A stretch of 50,828 nt of DNA, the filler included, from Sphacelaria rigidula (lineage: Eukaryota), in assembly GCA_964200075.2 (NCBI GenBank). It is 3 parts of 3 records of this genome, joined end to end, with 100 filler letters (N's around TTAATTAATTAA, not from the genome) between each part and the next. Parts side by side here need not be neighbours in the genome. Positions count along the whole stretch, not along the records: positions 1 to 16,879 come from CAXNAA020001228.1; positions 16,980 to 33,855 come from CAXNAA020001229.1; 1 more part is not named here. One strand, written 5' to 3'. The notes beneath the pieces are model-generated. The model worked only from the letters and a program-made list of their open reading frames with translations, made no database searches and was not told the origin of the DNA. Below, piece by piece: positions 12,791 through 25,439 of this stretch. The first letter of the stretch is position 1. Every line of letters starts with the position of its first letter. The position numbers and the translations under genes were made by a program.

Positions 12791-15700
12791 ACAAACACAC
12801 TCAACAGGATGATTTTCTCGCATGACGTAGCTGATTGCAACACTGTATGTATCTCCCATCTGCTTTGTGCCTCTATAGTGGCGCTCCTACTCCGCCCACC
12901 CGCCCTTCCGCCATCATGGCCACTGCCGACTGCACGTCGCGTTCGTATGGTTCGGACACACAGGTTCAGCCTTCACGCCAGGCTGAGCGGCGATGCGCTA
13001 GAATTCCGGCTTCCATGGCCCTCCTCGCTGTGTCCCTGAGAATGAAAGCAAGAGCTCGTGGGACGCCGGGTGTGCCGCCATCGTAACAGCATATTTGTTT
13101 GTGTTTCTTTAATGAGGGCATTTTTTCCCGCTTGGTTGTGGGGGCCATTTATCAAATTTTACGAGGAGGGGGAAAGCTGGTCTGGAGATCGTGTACTTTG
13201 ACATGCATCCCTGGTAGCAGTCGAATCTTACATTGCTGGTAGCGTGGCGGTGATGGGTGACGCAACAACAAGAACGGGGACTAAGTGAGAGACAGAGAGA
13301 GACAGACAGACTTCGTGGCAGGGGTGGACGAGAGCACCACGGTTTTGTAGTTCAGACCGTGCCACATACGTCCACCCCACCACACCGCTGGACCACATGC
13401 GTTCGGTGCCGACCGGCGGCGACAAGCAGCGCGAGCTTTTGCTGGTAGGAGGGCCTGTACTCATTTCACCACAGCGACGGCCCTGGGAGTGGCGAAGAGA
13501 GATTCTATCCCCTCCCGAAGTACCATGTTTACATGTCGCTGGGGGGGGGGCGTACTCATTTGTTGCTTGCCTTAGTCGTTTGACCATTGACCACGCATCC
13601 CTTTCGAGACGGAGCAATGTCGCTGGGGAGAGTGGTTTTCTGGAAGTGCGCTTCGTGCCGTGTCCAGTATCTGCGCTTGCTTGCAAGGACTCTTGTGCAC
13701 GTAGAGTTACATGGTCAGAGCCCGTTGGGTCGCCATGTGCGTTGAGGCGTGCGGATTGCTGGGAAAGAATCTATCTTTCTTTGGGAACGTCGCTGCGCCA
13801 TGTTTGCGTGTGTTCGTACGGTTGGTTTTGTCGAAGATCATCGCTGGACTCTAGCCCTTGCATTGTACGGCATGCAGTCCCGGATTTCGTCGACTGGAGG
13901 GCACGTGAGACACAGTACAAATATGATCCTGATCCAACCAGAGATTCGTTCTGCCGGGTAGCGGTACTTCCCTTCCGGCATAGGGCGCACTCTTGGAACA
14001 AACCGCGCGTTTGGCGCTCGATACATCCATTAACTTCATTGTGCAAGACCTGAACCCGGTTGGGCATCCTATTGGTAATTGTGGCGAAGGACGCACGGTG
14101 ATGGAGGGGGGGACGGGGGGGTGTACTCACTTGTTGCTTGCTTCATGAGTGAGGGGGGGGGGAGGGGGGGGTACGAATCATTAGTTCGCTTTATTATTAG
14201 GAGCATCGGAGATTGAGATATGCATCAGACGGCGAGTAAGTCCAACCGAGTGCTCACAACTTTTCGGAGCATTAATAGACCGTGATCGGATGGCTTTACA
14301 GTATTACGCGGGCGAAGTGTGGGCTTTACCGTGGGGAGTTGGCCGGGTTGTTGCGCGTTCCGGATTTGGTTGTGCATCTCAACATTCTCTTGTACTCAGT
14401 CGAGTTGGTGCTTTTCCTTGCGTATATGGTTGCAACTTTTTCAATTTTGTGTAACTTTGGTGCTTTGAGCGGTATGAGCTCTAGTCGCCAACATGTTTCC
14501 GTGGGGTGGGTAAAGTCGGGGTTAGTGTTGACCGACCATGGGCGTTTCATTCACTGTGAGTGACACATGGTTTATTTGATGTCTGTGAAGCACTTGTCGT
14601 GTCCGTGGGGCACATTCACTGTCCCATCAAACCTAGGTTTCAGTATGTTTGTTCTCCGATGCACACACTCTGCATGACGTAGGTCTTCGAAGCACGTCTC
14701 ATACGATCATGTCAGTCAGGGAACGTAACTCGATTGTTTGCACGTTATGCCCTATTTGACACACCGGGTTTCATTTCGTAAGTACATGTGCCTGTCATTA
14801 CGACAGTAGTGTTAGCTCTTTGGTTTTGTTTCCGGACGAGAGGCCAGGGGTTGGGAGGCCTCGGAGGAGTCGGGACAGAATATTTCTTAGTGGAGACTTC
14901 AGCAGTTGGCGTGTTTCATATGTAGCGTTTCTCGAGCCTGGTTCAACGCTCTCCGCCCTAATGGTCGGCAACGTGCTCTTACCGTTCTAGAGCCGTGGCC
15001 CCATTGGAGGAGAAGGTAGAGTCGGCAAGGTAAAGCGGCTCGGCTGTTTGCGCTCATTGTTGGGCCAATCGCCGTGCCGACAGTAGTCTTGTCTTGCCTT
15101 TTCCGACGGTGTGCTTCCCCCAGGTGCAACAATAAATTGTAGTCAATAGCTGATGTGGGATGGGTTAGTTCGGCGGAGGGCTGCGGGTAGTCCAGACTGA
15201 ACATTGCCAGGCCAGCACGTGGGCGTTTGGCATGTCTCATATGTAGCAATTCTCGAGCTCGTGCGATCTTTCCTCAAGACGGCAAGTCAAACATGGTTCG
15301 TAGGCATGTCTTTTAAACGCCTTCTTGTCAACATGCTGATTGATGGCAAAAAAATTATTTCGCATGGGAGATTCACGCGTCCTGTACCTGCAATAGCGGA
15401 CCGAACAGCCTCGTCCTGGAGAGAGGAGTGGACGCGAGGGTGATTGAAGTATGTTGGCATATAAACCGGCAGTTTCTTTCGCGTGTTGCAACTGTACTCG
15501 TAGCAGTACTGCAACGAGTAATTGCAGAATCCGCGCGGCCTATGGTGAACACCACCCCCCGCGAAAGGCCTCCGTTGCTATGGGAGAGCACCCCGCTCGC
15601 GTGACTCACCCGGCGGACACGGAGACATTTATCACCATCTTGAGATCACGAACTTTTCATCGCAAAACATTTCGCCGAAATACATTGGTGCTGTGGGTGA

Positions 15701-15989
15701 AACGAGTTGGCTATAGTTCAAAAATGATAAAACTTGCTACTGTAGGGTGTGTTGAGTGGGGTATTTCTTACATCTGGGTGTTTTCACAAATCGTACTCTA
15801 AGAGTCATACTTAATGGGGATGTTTTATTCACACTTTTCTGACTCTTCCGAACAAAAAACCTTCCACGGTTCGGACGAATAAAATAGTGATTCGACTCAT
15901 AGCCAACATTGGAACGAATCAATCACACGATTCGTACACAAGTTGTGATTTGCCCATGTTTTGGGTTCGTGATTCATACACCATTTGAG

Positions 15990-16445
15990 GGTACACACTC
16001 CCAGTTCGTGATTCGTGTGGTACACCGTCAAAGGTACACGTCTCCTACTTTTCATACATACTACGGTGTAATTCATAGGTACATGTTTCCCAATTCCCAT
16101 TCATTCAGCATGAGTCATAGTCACACTTTCCCCACCTTCCATTCATACGAGGTGAATCATGCGTACATGATTCCCAGTTTCCGGTCATGCAGCATGAATC
16201 ATGCATACATATTCTCCACCTTCCATTCATACGAGGTGAATCAAGCGTAAATGCTTTCCAATTCCCATTCATGCGGCATGAATCATACATACATGTTCCC
16301 TACCTTCCATTTATACAAGATAGATCGAGTGTAACAGTTTCTCACTTTTCATTCAAGCAGCGCGAACCATGCGTACATGTTTTCCATCTTCTGTTCATAT
16401 GATAATGATATGTGAATATGTAGTTTCCCACCTGTCATTTCATGG
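15990..16445. repeat. 42-bp minisatellite with 84-bp A/B higher-order structure
   Basis: Units start at 16081, 16123, 16165, 16207, 16249, 16291, 16333 and 16375; alternate units are the most similar (CCACCTTCCATTCATACGAGGTGAATCA occurs in units 2 and 4). Confidence 0.85.
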
Positions 16446-16879
16446 GGCGCCACTCTTCGGTGGCGCGGCTCTTTTGCGGGTAGGGTAGGCAAACAACAGC
16501 GTAGAGGTCGCGAACCCCTCATGGAACAAATTTGCGATAAACCCAATTTCAATTCTTGTGCTTACACGTAACACATCAAATATTGTAGTACAACACATGC
16601 GTCGGCGTGCTCCGAGCGGCTATTCTATGACTAGTTTTTCCCCCGAGCTATGCTATCAACACCCTTCTTCGTGGTTTCACGCTGTCTCCTGTTGTACAGT
16701 TGACCTGAATATAATGTATAAGATACCACGAAGACTTGCGAAGAACACAGCACCAGCACGAGTCGTCCTCGCATGCTCGCGGGAGTTTTCGGGGAAACTC
16801 CGGTAGTGTACGAGCTGGGCCAGCCTAGAGGCTGCATGGACGTTTGCAGGCGGATGCGCCGGCCAATATTTGGAGTTAG

Positions 16880-16979
16880 NNNNNNNNNNNNNNNNNNNNN
16901 NNNNNNNNNNNNNNNNNNNNNNNTTAATTAATTAANNNNNNNNNNNNNNNNNNNNNNNNNNNNNNNNNNNNNNNNNNNN
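16880..16979. other. Artificial contig linker
   Basis: 100 nt of N flanking TTAATTAATTAA (stop codons in all six frames). Confidence 0.97.
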
Positions 16980-17047
16980 GAAGATTTTAATCCTCCGGGT
17001 TCTCATCCTCAATGAAAAGCACCATCCTCAACATAGATGATCGGCTG
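16980..17047. repeat. Terminal fragment of the foldback family
   Basis: AGATTTTAATCCTCCG..CATCCTCAATGAAAAGC..GATGATCGGCTG matches 36410-36476. Confidence 0.85.
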
Positions 17048-20000
17048 TTTTTAGGGATTCCTAACGTTAGGAACTACAATACACGAGAACATGGATAAGT
17101 ACATTTCCATTTTAAAATCCATTCGACATATCCCTCACCCATTGGACTGCTGATCGTGGCGTGAGCTTACATATCTCATGAGACGTTTTTTAGATGACAT
17201 AAAAGACTCATCATCATAATATTTCAAAGCTAAGATTTATTTGTATACCCCTACCGTGGCATCTCTCGAGAACTTTCAATCGATAGAATGCGCTACGTAG
17301 GGGATGCTGTCCCACCAAAGATAAAGTCAAACGTAACGTGGACATGGAGAAGTAACTTCCACCACCTAACCCAAAACTACTGTGTATGCTGCTTCCTATA
17401 CGAAACAAATAAGTGTGCGTCCTTCTTTTTTCACTCTGTTTTTCGGGGGGGGGGGTGATATTTAAATAGGGTTTCCTCCAAAATGGGGTTCGACATCGTG
17501 GTGAGAATGAACCTGCGTTCGGATTTGCACCACTTCCGCCAAAAATAGTTGGGATTAGGAAAACACTCTCTGCTAGTGTATTTGTTTTACAGAAGTCGTA
17601 CCACCCCATAAAAATGCGGCTTGGTTTGCCGCATCTTGATTCATGTATTCGTTTCTTGTCTGTCGCGCTGACCAGTTGTGATGAAGCTCAAAGGCGTTGC
17701 AAGATATACTCTGTGCGGGTCTGCTCGTAGACCCTGGATTCCGTAACGCGTTGTTATCGCGTTTGCTACTGTCATTAGTTAGAGTTGTTCATCCGCGGCC
17801 GCAGGCCGCGGCGCCCCATCTTGATCAGTTACCGGCTTGCCTTGGTCTCTACCCTGGGCCATCACTACGCTCTGCTCCTATGGTTGCCCTGCGGCTGTAC
17901 TGAGTAAGAGAGGCTTGTAGATCAAACATGATGCTAAGCAAACACGTGATTTCTTCATCAAGAGTCTGAACATGAATGAATCTACTTTGTGATAGTCAAG
18001 GAAGGATAGCTAGGTCTGTGTGAGGTTGCCCACGAGGGAGCTTGGTGGGTTGGCACCATGGTATCTCCTGGCACTCATACTGAGAGACCCCAGCCACTGC
18101 ATTAGCTACTCTCTCTTTATGACACAGTGCAAATATCGATTCGTTTCCGCCTCTCTTCTTGGACAGACCCTGCCTCTGTGCTCTACAGAACACGTCGTCA
18201 AAAAACAAGGCGATATTGCCGTCACCGTTACCGTTCTCTCTCACACACACATGCGAACAATGACGGTTGCGCCAAGATACAATCGCGTGTCTAGGGTGTT
18301 ACCGTAAGTATTTAGTGCGGCTTGCTGCAAGGACACAGGGTCATGTAATGTAGGGACCACGACCATGGACTCTTCATTGGCATGCCTCATGAAACAAGAT
18401 ACCTCTGGCGGTGGCTCAGCTGCTGCTGGCATGGCCCACATGGGGGCTGGCATACTGTAAGCTGTGAGCTGCGAAACGCTTTTCTTTCTGTGCACAGTCA
18501 ATGCGCACCGTAGGGAGGGGTGATGCCTATATTTTTTCGATCGCTCTTCACTCTGCCAAGGCCACCACAGAATGTTTCTTCCTCTAACGCGAGATATGGT
18601 TCCACCACGAGCAAGGCTGTTCTCGTAACATACGGACTATTACCCGTTGTATTTATGGCCCACGCTGTCGGGCGCTGGCCAAACATACCATGTCTACGAT
18701 AGCTTGGATCAGGTTCAAGAAGAGCCCAGCACCAGCCAGCCGAAGGAGATGCCCATATTTTGGTAGGCAGTGTCACGCTTTTTTCTCAGCTCCTCAGCAA
18801 GGTTCACATAAGCAGAGGAAAGGACGTGGCGGGGGGCGTCACACGTGCCGAGAAGACATGGCTCCATTGACCACACGAAGTTACCACCGGACAAATACCG
18901 TGATCTACATATGTGATGCTTGGATGATGATCGTGTTTCAACCTGCGCTTCAGCACGGTGGCACGCCCAGAGCACCAGCTCAATTTTTTCCTTATGTGGC
19001 GCATGCTGTTGTTCCCCTTTCTAAAGCCCATAAACTCATTGTGATAGACTTTATCCAGTTATGATGTGCACATGTCAAGTGTTTTATTATGTGAACGAAC
19101 AATATAATGGAATTTCAATTGAAGTTATTTTGATAGCCTCAAGACGGGCACCAAGAGCTGACAGAAGGTGCTTCCCTCGGCTTCCCAAGAGCGTGAAGTG
19201 AAACGCGGCCAAACTTTTTGCAAGCCCTTAGGAAATAATCGCGAAGGACAGGTAGTTTGCCATTGATCGAATACTCGGTTTCACTTTTAACTAAGGATCC
19301 TGAAAATGAGGTTTAACACTCAAATGGAGTTGAAGTCACCTTCCGACATGACGCATGTTACGTGAAACAGTTTTGCAAACACAATCAACTGATGATTTTA
19401 TTTGTTCATTAAAACTTCCCCTAGATTGGCTTGTCGCGCATTCATGCTCCGGTGAATAAAGTCATATGTATCTCCTTGGCACATTCAAAACGCTCTCACC
19501 ACGTAACATGTGACTTTTCGGAAGGCGCCTTCAACCCCATTTGAGAGTTAAACCTCATTTCTCAGAATCCTTTGTTATTTGTAGAGCGTTTCTAGCAATA
19601 GAAAAAAGTGCTATTATGACCTCTTTGTGACCCGACCCGCTTACTAATAACCCCGGGCTAGTAAACCCGGACCGTCTTCCCGGGCCTTTCACCTTGGAAC
19701 TGTCATCCTCTAACCCCCAGTCTAGGATCGTCATTCTCCCGTCTTGGAGGCTCCCCATCGGAGCCCCCCACCCAGGCACTCTGTGTTTCAACCCAAACTC
19801 TGCCTTGCAAAGTCCGTCCAGTTCAAGTCCACGTCTCGGCTCCGCACACTCCGTACCCTTTCACCGTGTGAGAAGCTACAACCTACACCCACTCACCGTC
19901 CGGGTTAGATAAGGGACACCCGCTGTCCGCAGGCCTGTGTCTCATATTGGCGTCTTGACAGTAGCGATCTAAACTTTGTTAGCTCGTCACTCAGGGTTGA

Positions 20001-21387
20001 TTTTTCAGTGTAGCTGCTCATGAACATCAGCGTCGCTGTCAACTGGCCTGATTGACGCGCTCAATCTACTTCAACGTCGCTGGATACACCACCATGTCAC
20101 CTGTCTTGTCAACTTCCCATCCGTGGGCTATCTCATCGGCTAGTCAGAAGATCTTCAACGGAACCCTCATCGCTGGTAGCACGGATCAAGGCACGAACGT
20201 CACCCGCGCCGGCATCCCAGCTACAACAGCTACGACATACGAGGGCAAGTATACAAGTACATAGGGCAGTACAGTAGTACATCGAAAAGTATACCGTCTG
20301 TAGCTGGCTTCCTTCTGTAGAGGGCCCCGCTACCTGTCTTGTGTACCGTTGTGGTACGCGACTGAAAAATCAGTATCTGGCGGGCCATTGTCCCTGCTGC
20401 GTTCCGTCAACCATACCCAATAATGTTCCGTGACATTGAGAGTAGATGATATGATTGAGAGTGAAAAGCGGTCAGTGAGTGAATGAATCGTTTCAGTTCC
20501 GAAATGCACCTCCGCCAGGTCCGATATTATTTCTGTAGTAGCTTGCCACTGAGAACCTTGATATCCTCGAGTAGGATATCGACGTGTAGCTGTAAGCACA
20601 CGGCAGTGATGGAGACAAAAAAAAGCACACACGGAATGAAAAATTGGCTACGTTAAAGCAAATGATCCAAGCGACTCTGAATCCGCGCTCTACTCTCAAT
20701 CTCACGAAAACGTTGTTACCCGTGTTGTCGACTCGAGTAAAGCCAATTTCACTCAAGTGTGGTTCGAGTTTCAGTCAACTCTGTATTCACGTCAGCTTCG
20801 GGGCTACCGTTTTCGATCAGTTGATCTTGTTCGTTTGTGTTGTCGTGTACCATTCCGTCAACCTCGGAGTTGAAAAAAGCCATCATGTGTTTTTCACTCT
20901 ACTTCCCCGGTTGCAGAGTTGGTAGGAAGATGGAACGCTAGACGGCGTAAATCGGGTCTTTCGCCCGTATCACGTTAGTGTGTGTACTCGTCCCATACGT
21001 GTCACTGTATAATTGTACCACAGTTGGCCCCGGTGCTTCAATAAATGTTACCGAAAAGCCACGTCACTCTGTCGCACCTGACTCGTCTCATATATCATAT
21101 GTCGCTACAGTCACACCAGCTATTCCATCGCGTCCACCTCGGAAAAAGAAAAAAACTGGTACCGTAGCTGCGTCCGTCACGCCCGTGCATGATACCCTCG
21201 CTGAGTACACACACACCCTGTCAGTAAAGATGATACACCTTGGTACACCTCCTCGCTGACTCTACAGCGTGGACCGTTGTCACTTGCTTCTTCCTCGAGA
21301 CGCGTTCGCATCTCAGGATCAGTTGGTCCAGTTCAAGTCAACGATATTACCGTAGACACCGCAACTGATTGTTCAGTCTGTTCAGCC

Positions 21388-21605
21388 TGTGGCGCCAGCC
21401 AGAAGGACTAGTGGATCACTGCTGTTGAGGGACTCCCCAGTCTTACTGGCATCAGTTTCAGTTGTTAGCCTTTACAACATCATCATTATCATCGAGTGCC
21501 CTCGTAGGCACAGCCTTCTAGACACACCAGGGTATCAACCTAGTGCACCCGGTCATTATCCAGATGATCACTACCAACTCAACGTAACGGCGTGATTTCG
21601 TCACA
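21388..21605 (-). repeat. 3' LTR (218 bp)
   Basis: Direct repeat of 25208-25439; by hand alignment 11 substitutions and 2 indels (3 and 11 bp). Confidence 0.95.
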
Positions 21606-21678
21606 GCACCCCCAAATCGCGTTGGATAAAAAAAGATAAACAAGCTTGACACATAGAAAGTCCCAAGCGATGAGTAAG

Positions 21679-24423
21679 TCACAACTGAGTACCGAACTCA
21701 CTCGTAATGCGAGCAGCAACGGCACGAGTCACGCGCAATTTACACAACTTCTTCGTAAGAAGTTCCGGAGCGGCCTCAAAAATATCCTTGAAATGCTCCC
21801 ACGTATGCTCCTCAACTTTGGGACCAACCCAGTCGACCAACACGATCAACGAACGATCGTGTGCTTCTGCCACTCGGACAATACCAGCCATCTGAACTTG
21901 CCCCTGTTTGAAAGTATACTAGACCACGTCCTTAGCGTCAGCCGTAACATTAAGCTGCGAGTCTGCATAAAAACGCGAACGAGCTACATGAGCGGTCTGA
22001 ACACGACCCGAAACAATGTTCTGAATCTCAAACATGTGCCAGTGGTGAGCACCAACCACTCTCCATGGACCAGTCCACGTGCACGACCAAGCACCACGCG
22101 GTACGGCGTACTATCGTAACGACGACGATACGCTGTATTGAGCGCCCATTGCACCGCCGGCAACATGTCCAACCACTCGGAAACCGCTCTATGCGAAGAG
22201 CACGAACTACTTCCTTGACCATGTGTTCGCACGTGCCGTTAGATCACAGAGAATACGCCACCGCAAACTGGTGATCAACGTGCAAACCCTCTTGCAATCG
22301 GACCAAGATTGCATTCTTGAAATGCGTGTTGGTATCACTCATCCACACACGCGGCACCCCCAAAGTTTTGCACCAATCTAGTAAAGATGCAGCAGTCGAT
22401 TCAGCAGTACACACTGCTATCGGTTCCAGAGACAAAAAGTAGCTCAAATCATCGATGATTACCAAAATGCATCGAAGCCCAGCATCCCCCGACAAACCTT
22501 GGGAAGCTGGCGGGCCACTCTCGCCCAGGTACAAGAAGTCAAAATGAACGATTTCATTCGGCATGGCCCCATGGACCATTTCGCCGAGTGGGCGGAGAAC
22601 CAGATTGCCCGCCCTCGAGTAAGGACAGTGATGACACTGGTGGACAAATTCGGGCACATGAATTTCTATCCCCTGCCAGGCACGAAACCCTTGCAAGCGG
22701 ATGGGCGTCGCAGCCACACCACGATGCCCGGCGTCGCGCCTGTGCACGCAAATCATCAGACGTACCTGTAACTGCTTGTCAGAACTCGGAATCCTTAAAA
22801 CGTTTCGGCCACGCACATGCACACGAAACAGACCTTCATTGTCCAACATAGCAGTACCAACATCCGATTCGAAAGACTGCACATCCGCATCTTGCGCCCC
22901 AAGGTCTTTTCGTTGCGCGTGGCCGACGACAGATTTGGACGGCATCGAGCCATCAGGTCCACACGGACCATACACAGCCACAGCGCGCACAGGCATTTGC
23001 ATTTCAACTATAGACACCTGCATGACCAAACTATTCCAATGGCACTCAGATGCATCCGGAGACATCAACACCTGATAATCAGGACGAGGATGGAGCAGTG
23101 TCACGGCATGAGTCACCAGATCCTTCACTGCCGCCCACGCCTGCAGCCTGCCCTCCGTCCACGATGCAGCCTTCTTCGGAAACGCCATATCTGGACTGGA
23201 CCAACCCGCCTGCAAATTCCGTAACACCAACTCGAGCGCCAAAAGAGCTGCCATGCACAACGCTAACCAACTCGACTTCACTGGATCGTACCGCTGCGGC
23301 TTCGTCTTCACCGCAGACGCCCCAGGTTCTAGCTGAACACGCATGGGCTCCACGCGCGCAGGGGGATCACCCCGCAGCGCACTACGAAACGAGTTGACGC
23401 GGCAATGCAATATGCCGCGCAGACGCTCCGCTTTGAGACGCTGAGGCCTGTCGCCCCAGCATCCGTCACGCTCTCCTCCAGCACAACCTTCCGAGCGGAC
23501 TCGTCTTCCGCCGGAATCATTAACATCTCCGGGCCGCGCTCTACCGAGCGTTCCACCGCCGCATCCCGCTCCTCGGTCACCTAGCCTCCAACCTCCTGAA
23601 AATCATCCACCGACAAGCTCACGTGACGACTGCCCAAAACGGCGGTCGTCTCCAAGCGCGGACCAGACGGAGACATCCGCGTCTTCATGGAGTCTCACGA
23701 TCGCCGAGCGTCGACTCCAACATCCTGAATCGTAGGCAACCCCAGAAGGATGACGCCATCCGATCCCGGCATGATCGCGAACGAGATTGGAGGCAACTGC
23801 GCCGGCCCCCAGGAAATAATGAAAGTCGGCTGCAGCAGAACAGTACGCTCTGTGACGGAAACATGCTGACCCGACACAGTGACTGCCTGCCGCGCCCCGA
23901 GCGAAAACGGGATGCGCAGCGGCACACCCGGGAGAAGACGCTCCAACATCTCTACAAACTGTACCGACAGACTCACATGACCCGTCCAGTGGGCGCTAGA
24001 ATCCAACACAGCCCGAACCACAATGGCTCCACGCTGCCGTTGATTCGGAAGACATAACTCCGCAGGAATATATCTGTCCGCCGACTTTACTGACATTTCG
24101 TCCGCCGACCGATGCGCCGCAAATCCCACTTGACGCCGTAGCTGCGCAAGCTGCGCAGGCGAAGACGCCCCAGCAGGTTCAAACGGCACCGCCGGCGGGT
24201 ATGACCCCCAGCCTGCAGACCAAGAATTTGGCGAACTTCCGACCAGCGCATCAGCAGGCGTCGCGCCTGGCGCTGCTGCCGGTATCGCCACCGGCGCCAC
24301 CACCGGTGCCGGCGCAGTGTTCGATACTGTAGGAGTCGGTCCCACCTGCACCGCCCGTTGCGGAGCAGCAGCACCTACAGCGGTGCCGGACCCAGAACCA
24401 GACCCATGCTGACGCCGCTGCCC

Positions 24424-24465
<42 letters not shown>

Positions 24466-24913
24466 AGGACTCGATTGCTACCCTCCACCGCCGGAGGATC
24501 CGCTGCCACCGCCCTGATTACCTCGTCTTTTGCCCTTGTGCTGACGATGCTGATGGCGCGCGACATGAGACTGCCCGAACTCTCCACCGGAAGACGTTGA
24601 GCAATCGTGCGCGTAATGGCCGACCTGACCACAACAGTGGTAAGTGCCCGCCGCATGCGCAGCATGCTTTTTGATCGCCGGGACCAATTGCGGCGGGATG
24701 ATCGTGCTTTTTTTATGCTCCAAACGAGCAAACACTCTCTTGTTGAGTCATTGACACCACCTGATGCCGCACAGCACCCGCTGCGTTAGCGTGCTTCACA
24801 CGCTTCTTGTACTCAAAGTACTTCGTAATAAAAGTGCGAGATGCATTCTCTGACTTCCTATCCCCGTATTGTGGAGGTCGCAACTCTTCCCGCATGACGA
24901 CGGGTGTCGCCAT
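21679..24913 (-). pseudogene. Disrupted gag-pol polyprotein (gag, protease, truncated RT/RNase H, integrase, chromodomain)
   Basis: ORF fragments 24713-24913, 24478-24735, 23695-24351, 23329-23580, 22244-23410, 21984-22232 and 21679-21891 follow gag-PR-RT-RH-IN-chromo order, broken by stops and frameshifts. Confidence 0.9.
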
Positions 24914-25207
24914 AGCTGTAACCGGCTATCTGCGAACCTTTGAAGGCTAGCGGACCTTCGCGAATCGCACTTTCCTTGCTTCGTCGACGCACCACACAGT
25001 CGTAGGAGCCTCCAAACTCCCGCTGTACGCAGCTTGAGCAAGTTTCCGGTTTGGATCAATCACAGGCTAGCCGTCTTTCTGCAGCTGCCTCAGCTGGAAC
25101 CCTCTCCACGCGTCCGTGGTTTTCTAGGTTTTCCACAGGTCCAGACTCCTTCGCCGAAATCCTCTCCAGCAAGTTTCTGGCACTAACACTAGCACTAATA
25201 TCGATGT

Positions 25208-25439
25208 TGTGACGCCAGCCAGAAGAAGGACTGGTGGATCACTGCTGGTGAGGGACTCCCCAGTCTTACTGGCCTCAGTTTCAGTCGTCAGCCTTTACAA
25301 CATCATCATTATCATCGAGTGCCCTCGTAGGCACAGCCTCCGAGACACACCAGGGTATCAACCTAGTGTACCCGGTCATTATCCAGATGATCACTACGAA
25401 CTCAACGTAACGCGTGCGTAACGGCGTAATTTCGTCACA
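25208..25439 (-). repeat. 5' LTR (232 bp)
   Basis: Direct repeat of 21388-21605, TG...CA termini, lies upstream of gag on the minus strand. Confidence 0.95.

Larger units (their letters stand above)
21388..25439 (-). mobile_element. Ty3/Gypsy LTR retrotransposon with chromodomain, internally deleted (non-autonomous)
   Basis: Two TG...CA LTRs (21388-21605, 25208-25439) and a 4-bp TSD AGCC (21384-21387, 25440-25443). Minus-strand gag with zinc knuckle (CCGQVGHYAHDC), aspartic protease (AVLDSSA), RT N-terminus, RNase H start (DAS..HW), integrase H2C2 and core (HFDFLYLG, WMSD, WLDMLPAVQWALN), chromodomain (VDWVG..EHTWE). Purine-rich GGGGG next to the 3' LTR. Confidence 0.95.

Noticed and set aside
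15990..16445. CRISPR or guide-RNA array
   Set aside because: Contiguous degenerate tandem units without spacers.
17690..19060. Possible LINE or transposase relic
   Set aside because: No diagnostic motif recognised in any frame.
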